From a virus: DNA of 64,000 bases. This document shows positions 26,990-36,514 of the stretch, piece after piece; position 1 is the first letter of the stretch, and each line of letters starts with the position of its first letter. Below the pieces are notes generated by a model, which saw nothing but the letters and a program-made list of their open reading frames with translations, ran no database searches and had not been told where the DNA came from. Where the stretch lies: positions 1-64,000 of IMG/VR virus record IMGVR_UViG_3300033388_005265. One strand, given 5' to 3'. The translations under genes and the position numbers were made by a program.

Positions 26990-27884
26990 CTACAACACCT
27001 ATGCAGTCGCCATATTCTTGCCATACTTCTTTAACAACGGTGTCCCAATCATCATCTGACTTTTCATTTGATGACATGCCAAACCATCCCATCTCTCCCT
27101 TCTCTAACCATGTACCATCAGGAAGAACTATTGCATATGGACTTGTATCTTCTGGAAAATCTACAACAGGCTTAATATCTCCGTCAAACTTAGCATAACT
27201 TGTAGGCCATACTAATGATTCTCCTGTTCCGTTACATCTTTTGCAGTCTCTTTCTTTGTGTTCAACTTTAGTTTTAACTTTTAAGGTTTTAAGCTCAGTG
27301 ACATCTCTTGTGCTTATCTTGCCAGTTCCACTACAAGATTTGCACTCTTGGAGATTCTTAGGATTATCTTCAGGACTAAACTCACTATCAAGTAGTCCAG
27401 TCCATCTGCCACCTATTGAATACCAATCCCACTTAGAGTCAGGATTGTATGTAGACTTGTATGTTCCTGTAGCTCCACATCCAGATCCATCCTCAAATCT
27501 TTCTCCAGCTTCGTGATCATCTGGGTGAAAGTCTTCTGTATAGAATCCACATTCAGGATCAGGTTTGTCATTCATTTTATGAGCATCGAATGCTTCTTTC
27601 TCTATTCTGTTGTACTCAGCTATATGTTCCTGCCAATCATCGTTGGATACACCTGGTTCTCTGTTCCTGAATGATTCTCTAAGCTCATAAATAGTTCCAG
27701 CTTTTTCATCAGCAACTTTTCTAGCATGCTTTCTCGCAATAGAACCTATACAATGGCAAGCTCTATCGTACTCTTCTACAGAATCGTTTTCATTATACCT
27801 ATGAAGCAGACTAGCTATCTTCTCTTCTATATTTTCCTTTGCATCTTCTGGTTCAACCAGAACAATTGTTGAAAAATGACTCAT
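26973..27884 (-). CDS. phage hypothetical protein with DnaJ-like zinc-finger insert
   Basis: YNPDSKWDWYSIGGRW; CKSCSGTG...CKRCNGTG; VVDCHI. Confidence 0.65.
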   Translation of the reverse strand: MSHFSTIVLVEPEDAKENIEEKIASLLHRYNENDSVEEYDRACHCIGSIARKHARKVADEKAGTIYELRESFRNREPGVSNDDWQEHIAEYNRIEKEAFDAHKMNDKPDPECGFYTEDFHPDDHEAGERFEDGSGCGATGTYKSTYNPDSKWDWYSIGGRWTGLLDSEFSPEDNPKNLQECKSCSGTGKISTRDVTELKTLKVKTKVEHKERDCKRCNGTGESLVWPTSYAKFDGDIKPVVDFPEDTSPYAIVLPDGTWLEKGEMGWFGMSSNEKSDDDWDTVVKEVWQEYGDCIGVVVDCHI

Positions 27885-27886
27885 CT

Positions 27887-28168
27887 TTATTCCTCGTCCT
27901 CTCTCGGATGCATATTGAGAACTACTTCGCAGTCACAGTATCCACCTTTATCTTTAAAGTTTTCAAGTGACTCTCTTATGTTAGCATCTTCTATTAACAT
28001 CATTGCTGCTCTTGATTTCTCAAATGTATGATCACATCCTTTAACTATATGCTCAAGAGTGATCTTGTCTTCAAGTGCCATGCCTGAGTCTTCAACCAAT
28101 TGATCAATTAACATCTCCATGAAGTCGTCCCATTCAGGATGCTCCGGAGTCATGAGTCTACCTGCCAT
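27887..28168 (-). CDS. DUF2695-like protein
   Basis: CDH...GGYCDCEVVLN. Confidence 0.75.
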   Translation of the reverse strand: MAGRLMTPEHPEWDDFMEMLIDQLVEDSGMALEDKITLEHIVKGCDHTFEKSRAAMMLIEDANIRESLENFKDKGGYCDCEVVLNMHPREDEE

Positions 28169-28170
28169 TG

Positions 28171-28347
28171 TTACCCTCTCCCTTTCACAGTGAAGTTATC
28201 GAAGTCATAATCAAATCCACTTTCACCAGGCTGTCCTGATTCATCTATGAGCATAAAGTAATCTTGCTCTCCTCCGCCATCACTTAGCCATGCCATAAAA
28301 TTTGCAGCTGATTCATCACTACTAAATTCAATCTCTACCTTACGCAT
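28171..28347 (-). CDS. 58-aa acidic protein overlapping the RT stop (below ORF-track cutoff)
   Basis: MRKVEIEFSSDESAANFMAWLSDGGGEQDYFMLIDESGQPGESGFDYDFDNFTVKGRG. Confidence 0.65.
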   Translation of the reverse strand: MRKVEIEFSSDESAANFMAWLSDGGGEQDYFMLIDESGQPGESGFDYDFDNFTVKGRG

Positions 28348-29104
28348 AGTTCCTCCTCATCACCATATTTTGAAATGCTAGCTTACCTGTTGTTCTTCTG
28401 TTTAGCTTCTCTGCCCCAGCTATAACTTGCTGATGAACTTCAGCTCTCAGATTCTTTCTTTTCTCTCTTGGTGTATTTAACTTTTCATTTACTACAACAC
28501 CGCATACCATTTGTCTCTGGGATTTGTGCATGATCTTAGTCTTCTTGGGATGTACTTTTAAATCATAAACGTCCCATAGTAATTGCTTTGATCTATTTAG
28601 TAAGTACTCTATGTCTGCACGTCTGTCTCCAGAGAACACTAAGTCATCTGCATACCTAGTGTACGTCACTTCATGTTCATTTGCTATGCGTGCAATTGTG
28701 TGATCAAAGTCATACAAGTATATGTTAGACAGGTATGGTGAGGTCGGTGTACCTTGAGGTAGTCTTTGTCCTTTTCCGTCACCAAAATCATGTACACATA
28801 TACCTATACAACTCGTCAATACACCACTGTGAATCTTCATTGAAAGTTTCCTTCTTGTTATGGACGGAAAGAAATCTTCGATATCACAGCAACCCACAAA
28901 ATTCTTACCTACATGATTCTCAGCCATTGTTACTATGCTCCGTTCCTTAATAAAGGCGTGTGCATATTCAGATGGCTGCATCATAGAGCTCTCTTCGAAC
29001 TCAGCAAGAGCAGAATTCTGCTGGGATTTAAGCTCAGGGTCAGGTTCTTCTATAATCCTGAACTTTCCGTTCCTTTTTGGTATTCTAAATACATTATAAC
29101 TCAT
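28340..29104 (-). CDS. retron-type reverse transcriptase (254 aa from the MSYN start)
   Basis: IPKRNGKFRII; SIVTMAENH (NAxxH-like region X); DIEDFFPSI; LPQGTPTSP; YTRYADD; QMVCGVVVN (VTG-like region Y). Confidence 0.88.
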   Translation of the reverse strand: MSYNVFRIPKRNGKFRIIEEPDPELKSQQNSALAEFEESSMMQPSEYAHAFIKERSIVTMAENHVGKNFVGCCDIEDFFPSITRRKLSMKIHSGVLTSCIGICVHDFGDGKGQRLPQGTPTSPYLSNIYLYDFDHTIARIANEHEVTYTRYADDLVFSGDRRADIEYLLNRSKQLLWDVYDLKVHPKKTKIMHKSQRQMVCGVVVNEKLNTPREKRKNLRAEVHQQVIAGAEKLNRRTTGKLAFQNMVMRRNYA

Positions 29105-29131
29105 AGACAACTGTATACCTATTAAATGTTT

Positions 29132-29302
29132 CCTGCTGCAGGCAAAGTTAACTTTGGCCATCCGGATACGTAACCGGTTGAATTAGTTGAACTTTTTCTC
29201 CTGTACGTAACACTTAGGAATTCAGGGTCCCCTGGGATCCAGGTCATCATAGATCCTTTTACCCGCAGGGTAAAACTTGTTGCGTCTGCCGATTGCAGCA
29301 GA
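29132..29302 (-). ncRNA. candidate retron msr-msd RNA
   Basis: Long-range repeat TCTGCTGCA..GGCAGA / TTTGCC-TGCAGCAGG encloses several hairpins, e.g. TTTTACCC-TGC-GGGTAAAA; directly upstream of the RT. Confidence 0.6.
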
Positions 29303-29320
29303 CTTATGACTTGTGTATAG

Positions 29321-29767
29321 TTATTCTTCTAGATACCTGGCCGCAGCAGATATATCAATCTGCCACTCCTCTCTGCTCCTCTCTCCATAAATTCTAAATG
29401 ATTCACTAACGTGTTCTTCAAACTCTGCATAAGAACACTCGTTAACTCTCATGAAATGATCTTCAAGAGTATTAATGTTAACAATCCCTTTACTAGATTG
29501 TATTAGCGAGAGCCCAAAATGTTTAATTCTGTGGCACCTATAACATAATGCATGAATATCTGAGAGTGACTGAACCTTAGTCTCATCATTGTACTCCCAT
29601 TTCTCATGGCACTCAAGCTTCTTTGACCTGCTTCCACAAATCTCGCACTTGCCGTTAGCCCTCGCTAAGACTTGAACTCTTATCTTTTCCCATCCAGCTG
29701 GTCGCAATACATTTCTTAGATTATTATACCAGGATGACGAAGGAACAAGTTCTATATTTAACTTCAT
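29321..29767 (-). CDS. HNH endonuclease
   Basis: CEICG...LECHEKW...LCYRCHRIKH. Confidence 0.8.
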   Translation of the reverse strand: MKLNIELVPSSSWYNNLRNVLRPAGWEKIRVQVLARANGKCEICGSRSKKLECHEKWEYNDETKVQSLSDIHALCYRCHRIKHFGLSLIQSSKGIVNINTLEDHFMRVNECSYAEFEEHVSESFRIYGERSREEWQIDISAAARYLEE

Positions 29768-29772
29768 TTCTC

Positions 29773-30321
29773 TTAGTGTTCTGATAATGCCACCAGAAAT
29801 TGCTTCTTATTCATACGTCTAAAAATAGGTTCTTTCCTTACTGATGCAGCTACCTTAGTTTCTTTTCCAGGTTCAACATGCTTGGTACAGTTTGATACCA
29901 ATGCATTTTCCTCTAGTGTCCACCTGTCTATATATGCTCCACATTTAGCACCATGAACGTCTGTTGCTACTCCTATCTCTAGGTTATATCCAGTTGATAT
30001 CACTACTATAACATCACCATCATTTATAGTTGCACCTATGTTCTCAAAATCATAGTTGGCTATAAATATATCGCCTGCTTCTACGCTTATTAGTGCCACT
30101 CTCTCCTCCTCTGGTTCAACTGTTTCCATTACTCTTTCTACTTCTTTTAAGATACTGGCTGCAGATTCTGCCCCATAAATAGATAGTATAACAGGGATTA
30201 TCTTCTCTCGCATCTCTGCAAGAGCAAGGGCTTTATCTGAGGTTGTTAATATACGTGTTGAAACGTCAGCCTTAAGAGCTGCTACCAAGCCGTTTCTTTC
30301 TCCTTTTCTTAATACCTTCAT
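29773..30321 (-). CDS. hypothetical protein
   Basis: Operon-packed. Confidence 0.55.
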   Translation of the reverse strand: MKVLRKGERNGLVAALKADVSTRILTTSDKALALAEMREKIIPVILSIYGAESAASILKEVERVMETVEPEEERVALISVEAGDIFIANYDFENIGATINDGDVIVVISTGYNLEIGVATDVHGAKCGAYIDRWTLEENALVSNCTKHVEPGKETKVAASVRKEPIFRRMNKKQFLVALSEH

Positions 30322-30629
30322 TAAAATGCCACTCTCTTATGGCTTTTCTTAAATCCATCTGCTATCTTATCTAACTTCTCTTCTCTTGGATATGGAAAGT
30401 CTCGATCCTTATTTAATACTGGAAAGCTTATCGTTGTCATTCCTCGATGAGGTATCTTTGACATCTTTAGCGATCTGTATGAGTCCTTAACATTTCCTGT
30501 TCTTATGTATTCTTCTACGTCTATGCCAACGAATCTATCTGGATACGATTCCATTATAAGATACATTCTAGGCAATGTATATCCTGTACCATGTTCTGGG
30601 TACTCTATGTTAACTAACTGTCTTCTCAT
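30321..30629 (-). CDS. hypothetical protein
   Basis: GGGAGG RBS, TAATG coupling. Confidence 0.55.
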   Translation of the reverse strand: MRRQLVNIEYPEHGTGYTLPRMYLIMESYPDRFVGIDVEEYIRTGNVKDSYRSLKMSKIPHRGMTTISFPVLNKDRDFPYPREEKLDKIADGFKKSHKRVAF

Positions 30630-30667
30630 CTTCTCCTCCCTCTCAACGGCGGATCAGATCTATCCTT

Positions 30668-30895
30668 CTAGAAATGCTCTGGTATTCTGAATGGCTTATT
30701 TAGTGATCTGAAATGTTCCACCAACTTTTGTTTAGCGTGTCTTCTAGAGTCTGCTTCGAACGGTCCATGGTGTTCTCCTACGAACGGACTTTCTATAGCT
30801 TCTTCTATGTCCTCTGGTCCGAAATATCTTTTAATCTGTATGGTCTCATTCGTATGAATGTATCCCCACCACATTATACAATCTGCATCAGGCAT
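30668..30895 (-). CDS. small phage hypothetical protein
   Basis: WWGYIHTNETIQIKRY. Confidence 0.55.
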   Translation of the reverse strand: MPDADCIMWWGYIHTNETIQIKRYFGPEDIEEAIESPFVGEHHGPFEADSRRHAKQKLVEHFRSLNKPFRIPEHF

Positions 30896-31178
30896 CTTTT
30901 TTCTCCTCCTTCTTTGCCTCTTGTCGTTCCTTCTTTAGTTCAGGAAGTATTAATTGTGCATATTTTCTCATCAAGCATTTGTAGGAGCACAAATGGTACG
31001 TTAAACCTTTACATTTTGACAGGCTTACTCCAGTTAGATTCTCAATCTCTGATACTCCAGGCTTATCCTCTCTAAACTGTTTGATTCCAAAGTAATTCTT
31101 ACGGTCATGTAAATCATGGGAGTTAGCCATCTCAAAGTCTTTACCACATGCATCACATTTCATTTCTTCAGTTATCAT
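30888..31178 (-). CDS. Cys-pair hypothetical protein
   Basis: CDACG...HLCSYKC. Confidence 0.55.
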   Translation of the reverse strand: MITEEMKCDACGKDFEMANSHDLHDRKNYFGIKQFREDKPGVSEIENLTGVSLSKCKGLTYHLCSYKCLMRKYAQLILPELKKERQEAKKEEKKDA

Positions 31179-31979
31179 TTACTTTCTCCCATGGTCTTCA
31201 CATATTCCACAACCTATACATGATCCTTTGCCTTCTGTATCACATAACATCTCAAGTCCTGCTAAGATAGATCCTTCAGTCTCATAGTTTCCTTTAGGTC
31301 TATGATAACCATAGCATTGAAGTGCTTCGAGGTATCTCTTCTTACTAAATCTCATCTTAGTCTCAAGGATCTCTATGCTATACTTCTTGGCAAACAACAC
31401 AGCTGTAGTCTGAAGGCGGTTGATATCCCTGTTTTCAGTCCGTACAGTCCTCAATCTAATGATGATGCCGGGTATCCTACCTCTTATCTTTAATATGTTT
31501 CTTAAAGTCTTGAAGAAGTGCTTTTTGTTGAGGGGATCTACAGACACCTGTAGATTTTTTATGTGATCTGAATCTATGCCTTCTATACTTTGTAGCTTAG
31601 TAATACAGAAGTAATTCAAAAGACCTAGACGTTTCATCTCACCTATAACAGCTGATGTATGAGACCAGTCATGATCTGGATCTCCAACAGTGCCAATCCT
31701 GTACGTTTTCTCTGGCTTTATCTTACCAGTAAAACTCAATACAGGAACGGCATTGCCAAAGTCTTTTCTTGCAATCTTGCTCATCTTGTTGGCATAGCAG
31801 TCCAGGCAGCCATGATTACAGCCTCTAAACGTATCAATGCCAGCAATGTTTGTACCTTTTATTTTCTTATTACTATTAGATAAACTTAGGGTGCCCGTAT
31901 AGGGTTCCCCGCCCTGCAATAGGTCATCTTTCGCAAGCTCCTCTATTACGGCGAATACCTCACCACTTTTATATTGCAA
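31179..31979 (-). CDS. radical SAM-fold protein (SP-lyase/DUF5131-like)
   Basis: CNHGCLDCY (CxxxCxxC); extra C-terminal C...CIGCGIC. Confidence 0.7.
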   Translation of the reverse strand: MQYKSGEVFAVIEELAKDDLLQGGEPYTGTLSLSNSNKKIKGTNIAGIDTFRGCNHGCLDCYANKMSKIARKDFGNAVPVLSFTGKIKPEKTYRIGTVGDPDHDWSHTSAVIGEMKRLGLLNYFCITKLQSIEGIDSDHIKNLQVSVDPLNKKHFFKTLRNILKIRGRIPGIIIRLRTVRTENRDINRLQTTAVLFAKKYSIEILETKMRFSKKRYLEALQCYGYHRPKGNYETEGSILAGLEMLCDTEGKGSCIGCGICEDHGRK

Positions 31980-31992
31980 TCCTCTCTCCTCA

Positions 31993-34140
31993 TCATGCCC
32001 TCTTCAGGACGTTCTTAACCATCTTCTCCATATCAGGTAGAAATGTTGAGACGTTTGTAAACTTAAACCATCTCTTAAACATCTCTGCACAATCAACATG
32101 ACTTGCTATTGCTACCTGCACTGGAGTGATTCCCATTCCTTCAATGAGATCAATACACTTTTTAGTGTGCTTTACTCCAGCGGATCCTGAATATCCATAC
32201 GCCCATGGATTTCCATCAGACAACACAATCATTATCTTTTTGTTGTCCTTCTTCGCTACCTTTAAAAAGTCTTTAGCTATGGCGTGCATTGCTATGCCAT
32301 CCATGTTCTGATATCTGGCTCTCAACTCAGATATAGACTCCTTATTAGGGTATCTTCTTATTACAACTTGATTTTCATCTCCATAACCTTCTGATTCTTC
32401 TTGAGCACTGTGTCCATATATCTTTAACTCAACTGTCTTAGAGCCCATGAATGCTTCAGAGAATAGACATGCTAATGCTCTTGCTGCATCTATTCCTGGT
32501 CCACCCATACTACCAGATTCATCTACAACAAGACATATTGATACACTGTTAGCTATATCAACATATGTTTTCTTATAGATTTTATCAGTGCTATTTGCTA
32601 TAGCTAGCTTACCTCTGTCTAATGTTCCACGTCTTTGTGATGTAAGTGTAGTCTTTTTGGTTAAGTCTCTAAACTTCATCATCCTTTTAAGAGGTCCAAC
32701 ATATGCATCAATACCTCTTTTAATTATGTCGTAATCATCTCTATCACCTTTCATTGTGTAGAAGTTTACATCAAAATTCTTGAAGTGTGTTAGTCCTTTT
32801 TCAACTGGATCCTCTGCTTCATAACTTGAGTAGTCGTAATTCTCAAGCCTTTCAAGAGCAGACATAACTTCTGATTCTCCTTCTGACATTTCTCTTTTAT
32901 TCATCATACCTAAAAGACTTTTGTTTGCCTCTAGTCTTTCAAGTACTTCTTGTAATGCTGATTCATTTATTCCGGATACATCTTCTGCTGGAGTTTCAAC
33001 TCCAATCTTACTTTGAGCAGATAGAATAACCATCATAGTCCGGGCAGCTTTTTCAAATATGTTATCCTTAGTAAGGTCAGAGATATCTACTATCCTTTCT
33101 AACATTGTATGTGTATTAACAATATCCGTATAAACTGTAGGATCTGTTGGCTCTATATGTGTCTTAGCAGCATCTAATACATCTTGAATCTTTTCCGGAT
33201 GTCTAATTGCAGTGTATGCTATATCAAGAGCAGTTAATGTCTTGAACTTTGTAACACCGGTGACCAGACGTTCAGCATAATAATAGTCTCTAAAGCTAGT
33301 TATATAATTTCTATACCCTGGACTATTTTTAATAACATCTTCTTCAACCATCTTTTCTGCAAGCATAGAAACAATATACTTAAGAAGCGTTGATACCTTC
33401 TCTGCATGTGCATGCTTTAAAGCATACTCTGATATCTTTCCTTTAGTTGCAGCAGTTATCCCAGTCTTAACAGACGAGTTACTCATGACTGCAGTCATTA
33501 GACATTGTCCACTAAGAATGTCAAGTCTTTCATTGAATGACTTAACAGAACTATCCATTAGAAGAACATCTGCCATGATAGGAACATTACTAGTCACAGG
33601 ACTTAGTATATTTCCAATACCACTGGCTGTATCAGCCTGAAATATGATATGTCTTTTAGTGGAAGAGTCATGTATAGCCATAAGGTTAGACACAAAGCTT
33701 TTTATATCTAGATGCTCACGAAGATTAGATATATCTGTAGCACTTCCTCCATAAGTAGTGGAATATGAAGCAGACCTAGAACTAAAAATAGAATTAGATC
33801 CGCCTGCATAATATGAACGTCCAGTACTGTATCCTGAATAAGCAGAGCCATATCCATCGTATGAGCCAGAACTATATCCTCCGTATGATCCGTATGACGT
33901 AGTGTCATCTTCTTCATCGTCATCTTCGTTTTTTCTGTCTTCCCACCATGATCTAGCAGCAGTCTCATGGGCACTTGGCTCGTGAGATGCAGACTTTTTC
34001 CACCAGGCATCCTTCTCTTCTTTTTCTTTCCCACTATCTTTAGAAGCAAGGTAGTCATCTAGCCAACTATACTTAGAGTCATCCTCTTCGTCAGTCTTTT
34101 TACTCTGTTGTTTTGCTATACTACTAAGCTTACTGCTCAT
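31993..34140 (-). CDS. VWA-domain protein (CobT/NorD-like) with low-complexity N-terminus
   Basis: RRGTLDRGKL, VDESGSMG (MIDAS), VLSDGNP. Confidence 0.85.
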   Translation of the reverse strand: MSSKLSSIAKQQSKKTDEEDDSKYSWLDDYLASKDSGKEKEEKDAWWKKSASHEPSAHETAARSWWEDRKNEDDDEEDDTTSYGSYGGYSSGSYDGYGSAYSGYSTGRSYYAGGSNSIFSSRSASYSTTYGGSATDISNLREHLDIKSFVSNLMAIHDSSTKRHIIFQADTASGIGNILSPVTSNVPIMADVLLMDSSVKSFNERLDILSGQCLMTAVMSNSSVKTGITAATKGKISEYALKHAHAEKVSTLLKYIVSMLAEKMVEEDVIKNSPGYRNYITSFRDYYYAERLVTGVTKFKTLTALDIAYTAIRHPEKIQDVLDAAKTHIEPTDPTVYTDIVNTHTMLERIVDISDLTKDNIFEKAARTMMVILSAQSKIGVETPAEDVSGINESALQEVLERLEANKSLLGMMNKREMSEGESEVMSALERLENYDYSSYEAEDPVEKGLTHFKNFDVNFYTMKGDRDDYDIIKRGIDAYVGPLKRMMKFRDLTKKTTLTSQRRGTLDRGKLAIANSTDKIYKKTYVDIANSVSICLVVDESGSMGGPGIDAARALACLFSEAFMGSKTVELKIYGHSAQEESEGYGDENQVVIRRYPNKESISELRARYQNMDGIAMHAIAKDFLKVAKKDNKKIMIVLSDGNPWAYGYSGSAGVKHTKKCIDLIEGMGITPVQVAIASHVDCAEMFKRWFKFTNVSTFLPDMEKMVKNVLKRA

Positions 34141-34142
34141 TA

Positions 34143-35249
34143 TTAGCCCTTCTTCTGTAAAGCTTGTTTAATCTTAGTTGCATCTGATGATGCAGTACCA
34201 TCGTCATCAAAGAAAGGTAGTATTGATGCCTCTATACTTCTATTGAAGCTAAATCCATCAGCTATCATATCTCCAGCCTCGATAGTCATTCTTGTAGACA
34301 CTGGTGAATATACTTCACCTGCCTTCCACATACCTCTGCATGTTTCTGCAAAGTCTGCTACCATTTCTGCATCTTCTGCACTGATACCAGTACGTTCAAT
34401 AAGCAGAGCCTTCTCTTGATCCTTATTAAGATAGTCTATTTCTATGATTGATACTCTATCTTTGAATGCACGGTCAAGTATATTTGTTCCTACATACTCA
34501 TCACCAATGTTTGCTGTTCCTATAAGCACACAAGACTTGCTCTTTTTAACAACTGGAAGCTCAGGATGCTCATCAAGCTCAAGATATCCCTGACCATCAA
34601 GAAGAGTCAACATCATGTTGTTAACTTCTGGATTGCTTCTGTTAATCTCATCCATTAGTATGACTGACTTGTCTCTTTGTATGTCTGTAACAAACCTTGA
34701 CTCTACAAAATTAGTTACATTACATTTTCCAGACTCATCCATAACAAGATTAACAGATCCGATAAGTTTGCTTCTTGGATCCATAGCATTACCTAAGTTA
34801 TAGGCGCTGTAGTTATACTCTAGGACTTCTGCTGCATGCTTAACAAGCTCACTTTTTCCTGATCCTGTAGGACCAACCAGAACTGTATGCTTTCCTTTGA
34901 ATATGTTTCTCAATAGTAGAGTCCATGTTTCGTCATCTACTATGAATCCATCTGGCTTTGGTGCTTCACGAAGAGTTTCATATAGGCTTTTCTTTGCCTT
35001 CTCTACTGCACTCTTTGTTATGCTACCACTTCCATACCAGAAGTTTCCTTTTGCCCTGTGCTTTAGTTTTGTACAGGAGAAGATATCTCCTTCTACCGGG
35101 GATAGACGATCTGAAATCTTTTTATTAATAACAACCTTACTTCCTGCTAGTACCTGTGTACCATCCACGTCAGTGGAGTTGCTCATCAATGAGAACTTTC
35201 TGTTTTTCTCAAATCTTATTTTTACTGCTCCTCTATCTGTATCACTCAT
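34143..35249 (-). CDS. MoxR/CbbQ/NirQ-family AAA+ ATPase
   Basis: GPTGSGKS, LMDEINR, GTAN, LDRAFKDR, STR. Confidence 0.9.
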   Translation of the reverse strand: MSDTDRGAVKIRFEKNRKFSLMSNSTDVDGTQVLAGSKVVINKKISDRLSPVEGDIFSCTKLKHRAKGNFWYGSGSITKSAVEKAKKSLYETLREAPKPDGFIVDDETWTLLLRNIFKGKHTVLVGPTGSGKSELVKHAAEVLEYNYSAYNLGNAMDPRSKLIGSVNLVMDESGKCNVTNFVESRFVTDIQRDKSVILMDEINRSNPEVNNMMLTLLDGQGYLELDEHPELPVVKKSKSCVLIGTANIGDEYVGTNILDRAFKDRVSIIEIDYLNKDQEKALLIERTGISAEDAEMVADFAETCRGMWKAGEVYSPVSTRMTIEAGDMIADGFSFNRSIEASILPFFDDDGTASSDATKIKQALQKKG

Positions 35250-35272
35250 CTCTCACTCTCTCCTTTACTCTT

Positions 35273-35557
35273 TTATGTTTTTTTTAACTCTGGCTCCCCA
35301 GATATATAACCTGTTTCAAGCTTAGCAGCATGCTTAGCATATGATAGTGTCATACTAACTACTATTCCAACAAGACCAGCAGCTATTAGTGCAGTTGCAG
35401 TTCCACCTAGGAACATATATGTTACTCCAGCAGCTAATGCATCGGTCAGGATGTCACCTTTAAGTAGCATCTTTTTCATCCAGCCTGGCAGCTTTCTATA
35501 TAGTAAAACCATTCCTATAAAAGTTACTGTTGCTAGAGCGAATGCGTTAAATATCAT
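35273..35557 (-). CDS. small membrane protein
   Basis: Two to three hydrophobic segments. Confidence 0.6.
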   Translation of the reverse strand: MIFNAFALATVTFIGMVLLYRKLPGWMKKMLLKGDILTDALAAGVTYMFLGGTATALIAAGLVGIVVSMTLSYAKHAAKLETGYISGEPELKKT

Positions 35558-35602
35558 TGTGTATCTCCTTTAAGATTTTTAATAAAGAGATAGAATATTA
35601 TT

Positions 35603-36184
35603 TTAATGAGGTGGCGGTGACATTTTTATTTCATACCCATTATTAATTGTAATATCGTTAATGAGTTTGTAGCTATACTTAAGCTGCTCTATGATCCCTT
35701 TCCAAAAGTCCTTAACGATCTGTGCATTATATATAACATCGTCATACTCTTGAACACCATTACTTGCTATTGTTTGTAGTGTTGTAGAAGCTGGAGCTTT
35801 ACCATCCTTACCTGTTCTTGCATCGGTAGTCTCTCTATACTTTTCTCTGTATGCCTTCTCTCTTTCAGATCCATAAGCTTTTTCAAGGGCGCCTGCTCTA
35901 CTATAATAGAACGATGCTTCTTGATGCTTCTCTGAGAGCTCAGCTAACAACTGCTTACACTTGGATGGATGCGCATCTTTTTCTATCTTAATATAGAAAT
36001 GCTCTCTCCATTCAGGCATAGTCTTACCATCTATTCTGTACTGAGTATAGAACTTTTCGTTAACCCTATTAAAGGTCTCTTTGCTATCTTTAACTTTCTC
36101 TATAAAGTCTTTGGCTTGGTCGTCTTTAAGATCTTTGATTTTAGACATAGCCGATCTAACTAATTTACTATCTGCTGCACCCAT
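35603..36184 (-). CDS. helical hypothetical protein (possibly UvsY-like)
   Basis: Long amphipathic helices; resemblance from memory only. Confidence 0.4.
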   Translation of the reverse strand: MGAADSKLVRSAMSKIKDLKDDQAKDFIEKVKDSKETFNRVNEKFYTQYRIDGKTMPEWREHFYIKIEKDAHPSKCKQLLAELSEKHQEASFYYSRAGALEKAYGSEREKAYREKYRETTDARTGKDGKAPASTTLQTIASNGVQEYDDVIYNAQIVKDFWKGIIEQLKYSYKLINDITINNGYEIKMSPPPH

Positions 36185-36200
36185 CTCTCACTCTCTCCTC

Positions 36201-36230
36201 AAAAAACAAGGCTGCCCGGAGGCAGCCTAG
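36201..36230 (-). terminator. intrinsic terminator
   Basis: AGGCTGCC-TCCG-GGCAGCCT then TGTTTTTT. Confidence 0.75.
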
Positions 36231-36235
36231 TATTA

Positions 36236-36490
36236 CTAATCAACATTAATAAGATTCTCAATGTTGGTCTTGATGTTCTCGGCTTGCTTCTTACTCTTAC
36301 TGAGACATTCTTTCTTCTCAGTAACATCTTTCTTGACAGTGTTGAATACCTTTTCAGCATCTGAAAGTTTTTCATCTGCTTTGCCATCTTCAACAACCAC
36401 TTCCTCTATACCAAGCTGTAGCTCGGTGATTTGTTTCCTGAAGTTTGATACAACCTTATCAATTCTTGCTACGCCTTTTTCAAAAGCCAT
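36236..36490 (-). CDS. coiled-coil protein
   Basis: AAGGAG RBS; heptads. Confidence 0.6.
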   Translation of the reverse strand: MAFEKGVARIDKVVSNFRKQITELQLGIEEVVVEDGKADEKLSDAEKVFNTVKKDVTEKKECLSKSKKQAENIKTNIENLINVD

Positions 36491-36514
36491 TTCTTACTCC
36501 TTAAGTGAGTTTAA

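Noticed and set aside
28340-29320. Diversity-generating retroelement or group II intron interpretation of the RT
   Set aside because: No template/variable repeat pair or Avd-like gene was seen, no maturase X domain, and the motifs are retron-like
35247-36199. Identical 18-nt sequence CATCTCTCACTCTCTCCT at 35247..35264 and 36182..36199
   Set aside because: Both copies are simply RBS plus start codon (AGGAGAGAGTGAGAGATG); no evidence of more than a reused translation signal
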